Below are positions 61,293 through 64,000 of a stretch of DNA of 64,000 nt, piece after piece (the first letter of the stretch is position 1; the number at the start of each line of letters is the position of its first letter). Source of the stretch: Eimeria praecox. Taxonomy: Eukaryota. Under the pieces are notes generated by a model. That model was not told where the DNA came from and did not search any database. It saw only the letters and a list, made by a program, of their open reading frames with translations. The stretch spans positions 2,108,001-2,172,000 of the forward strand of contig OY986949.1 in NCBI GenBank assembly GCA_963920595.1, read 5' to 3'. Made by a program: the position numbers and the translations under genes.

Positions 61293-63060
61293 TTTGCTTT
61301 ATAATTTTTTCGATTTTGGAATCCCTTTTCTCTTTGCTTTCTCACGGAGGGATATATAAAAAAAACTTATTTTGTCTGGAGGCCTAACACACCATTCTCT
61401 ACACGATTCTAACCCTCTCTCCTCACAGCTCGTTCCCTACAGCTCAGCCATTACAAAGTGTTTCCTGCCGTAGGGTAACCCTTTAATGAAAGACATGTAC
61501 AGAAACGCCAGATCTACCTCTGGGCTTTTGTTTACAAAGGATAGACACTACTTCTCGATGTATCGTTCTAACGCTAACTTCCTCCATTCAAATTTTTTTT
61601 GAAAACCCTCCTAGCCTAATCCCCTATTCCCCTCAGCATATCTACTTGTTGTTTGGGGGCTAATCCTGCGTTGAAGCGCATGGTGTAGAGCTTCCTTACT
61701 CTGATTTTGTTCTAGTAAAATTGAGCCCTGCCCTATATGTAGTCGCAATTTTAATGCAGCAATTAATTGTAGTGGAGAGGAAGCCAAGTGCTATAGGAGA
61801 TCTTCGGGTTTATTTTAAAGAAAAACGTACACTTACAATAAAAGAAAGAGTTTTTCTTTGCCGTCACATCACAGTGTTTTTTATCTTTTCACGACTGGCG
61901 CATGCATGCATGCATGCATGCATGCATGCATGCATGCATGGGTGCATGCACTCTTCAGGATTTGTGTTTGCTGTAACGCCTCTGAGCTGAGTGGGCTCTT
62001 AATAATTCCTCTGCGACGAGGCCCTAAGCCCATGTTAACCTCCCTCCTTGAGCAAGCACCCTGATCTCCCTCCTTTGTTTAGTGTGAGAGCAGGGATGAA
62101 TAGTTAACGAAGGCTTCAAGTAGAATATCAAAATATTATATTTGTTCGGAGCAGCATCTCCACAACCTTTCAGTGGTAAACACCGCTCAGGTGTATAGAC
62201 AGCCTGTCTCGACAAAGCATGCAGAAGTACAAGCTCCTTCGATCTTAGCGTCGTAAGTTGTAATATAATTCAAGGATGTAAGTAGATAGTTAATTAAATC
62301 TACATAGTTAATAAATCTAACCCTTCCTCTATTTTCCCCTCTCCCTCCCCTTCCCCCCCAAATGCTTTTAATGCATAAGGGGCCTGAGGGCCGCCGAGGG
62401 GGCGGAGGCGTGGGGTGTCACGACAGGTGCAGCAGCTCAGCATATTACTCCTTCAGCTACAAGACAGCTGCAGATTCGGGTGTACGAACAGCCTCTTTGT
62501 ATGCATGCACTGAAGCTGTAGACAGTCAAATTTAAACATGTCAGAGGCCCTCAGAAGCCAAACTGCATACAAGAAGAAATACAAAAGACAGAAGACAGAG
62601 CATGCATGAAGCATCAAGGCTTCGTGCAGCTGTACCTACATAGGACCCCCGGCAGCCTGCTATCTAAGAACAACCTCTCCTTAGAATTTTCTTATATGGG
62701 GTTACTGGCTGTCTCTCACGGAGACCCTCAGCTAAGATAAAGAAGTTGCTATAGTGCTAGGGCTTCTTCTTCTCTCCAACTTCAGCCTGCTGTCTCGGCC
62801 TCTAAGTGTAGTAGTTTATACTTTTCTTTCACCCTTGAGATCCCTTACGCTAGCGACTGCAGCAGCTACACTACCAACAGCAGCAGCAACAGCAGCAGCA
62901 GCAACAGCAACAGCAGCAACAGTAGCAACAGTAGCAACAGCAATCAGATAACGCAAATAGGTTTTATTTGTTTCTTCTTAAAAGACTTAAAGATCAAGAA
63001 AACTCGACAGACAAAAATTGCACTAAGAAGACAGCCATCAATCCTGCACGACACATCAGA

Positions 63061-63533
63061 GGGGCCTCAACGTTGGGAGGCCCCCCCATAGATGGGGCCC
63101 CCTAGCAGGGGCCCCCCAGAAGGGGCCCCGTAGAAGGGCCCCCCAGAAGGGGCCCCCAGAAGGGCCCACCAGAAGGGGCCCGACAGCAGGGCCCCCCAGA
63201 AGGGGCCCCGTAGAAGGGCCCCCCAGAAGGGGCCTCGTAGAAGGGCCCCCCAGAAGGGGCCCCCAGAAGGGCCCACCAGAAGGGGCCCCGTAGAAGGGCC
63301 CCCCAGAAGGGGCCCCAGTTTAGGGGGCCCCAGCAGGGGCCCCCTAGAAGTGGCCCCCTAAAAGGGTCCTATAAAAGGGCCCCCCTGGAAGGGGCCCCCT
63401 ATGAGGGGCTTCCTTCAAGGGGCTTTCTAGAAGGGGCCCCTATGAGGGACCCCAGGGAGGGGCCCCTTACGAGGGGCCTCCAGAGGGGGGCCCCCCATAG
63501 GAGGGGCCCATGGGGCCCCCGGGGGCCCCCCCT
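63061..63533. repeat. GC-rich minisatellite, unit ~AGAAGGGGCCCCC
   Basis: Tandem GGGGCCCC-core units that degenerate toward 63533. Confidence 0.9.
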
Positions 63534-63639
63534 ATACCTGTACCCTTAAGGCGTCAAGCAGGGCTATCAGTAGTTTAATTGATCTAACAGATAATTCTAT
63601 AAGAGATTTTCAAATTATTAAATGCTACGATTTATGATC

Positions 63640-63681
63640 TAGGGTTTAGGGTTTAGGGTTTAGGGTTTAGGGTTTAGGGTT
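63640..63681. repeat. Telomere-like (TAGGGTT)6 array
   Basis: Read directly. Confidence 0.9.
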
Positions 63682-64000
63682 TTGAGGAAGGCTGTCTGCT
63701 CGGGATTGATCTGAGTGTGCGGCGTTCGAATTTTATTATATTTTATTTTTTATTTTTGTATTTTTATAAAGATGAAAACATATGAGACGTTCTATTGTCA
63801 ACTGTGTGTACACTCCAGCAGCAGCAGCAGCAGCGGCAGCTGCTGCTGCTGCTGCTGCTGCAGCAGCAGCAGCAGCAGCGCAGGGGAGGCGAGCCTTCTG
63901 CCTCTTCCTTAGGTCGGGGAGAACTGATAGAAGCTATACAAGCTATAACCTCTGCAGCAGCAGCAGCAACAGCAGCAGCAGCCGCATTAACAGCAGCAGC

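Noticed and set aside
58916..62951. Short ORFs of 60-120 aa in the repeat-poor region
   Set aside because: They have no recognisable motifs, most start at non-ATG codons, and several merely translate (TA)n or (TGCA)n.

Overview
Eukaryotic, intron-rich apicomplexan DNA, almost certainly an Eimeria species (coccidian). It shows the genus hallmarks: pervasive CAG/CTG triplet repeats, interstitial telomere-type AAACCCT/AGGGTTT arrays and TGCATGCA motifs. Most of the six-frame ORF track is repeat noise. Splicing GT..AG junctions by hand gives 10 protein-coding genes: a 5'-partial poly-Q/acidic protein (+), an intronless importin-beta/transportin-SR-like karyopherin (-), a prohibitin-like SPFH protein (+), a 14-exon DRG2 GTPase (-), a large putative RAP-domain protein (+), a MORN-repeat protein (-), a GRIPAP1/CCDC186-like coiled-coil protein (+), aspartate carbamoyltransferase (+), a cytochrome-b5/fatty acid 2-hydroxylase (+) and a DNAJB6-like J-protein (-). 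A repeat-poor stretch without recognisable genes follows (~58.2-62.8 kb). The strongest unexplained signal is a dispersed 14-bp palindrome, GGTGTAYRTACACC, with 9 exact copies and many variants in exons, introns and intergenic DNA. Also notable are introns bracketed by complementary telomeric arrays, telomeric repeats forming splice sites, and a seven-copy tandem array of an exon-end/donor junction in the MORN gene. Family assignments come from recalled motifs; no searches were run.
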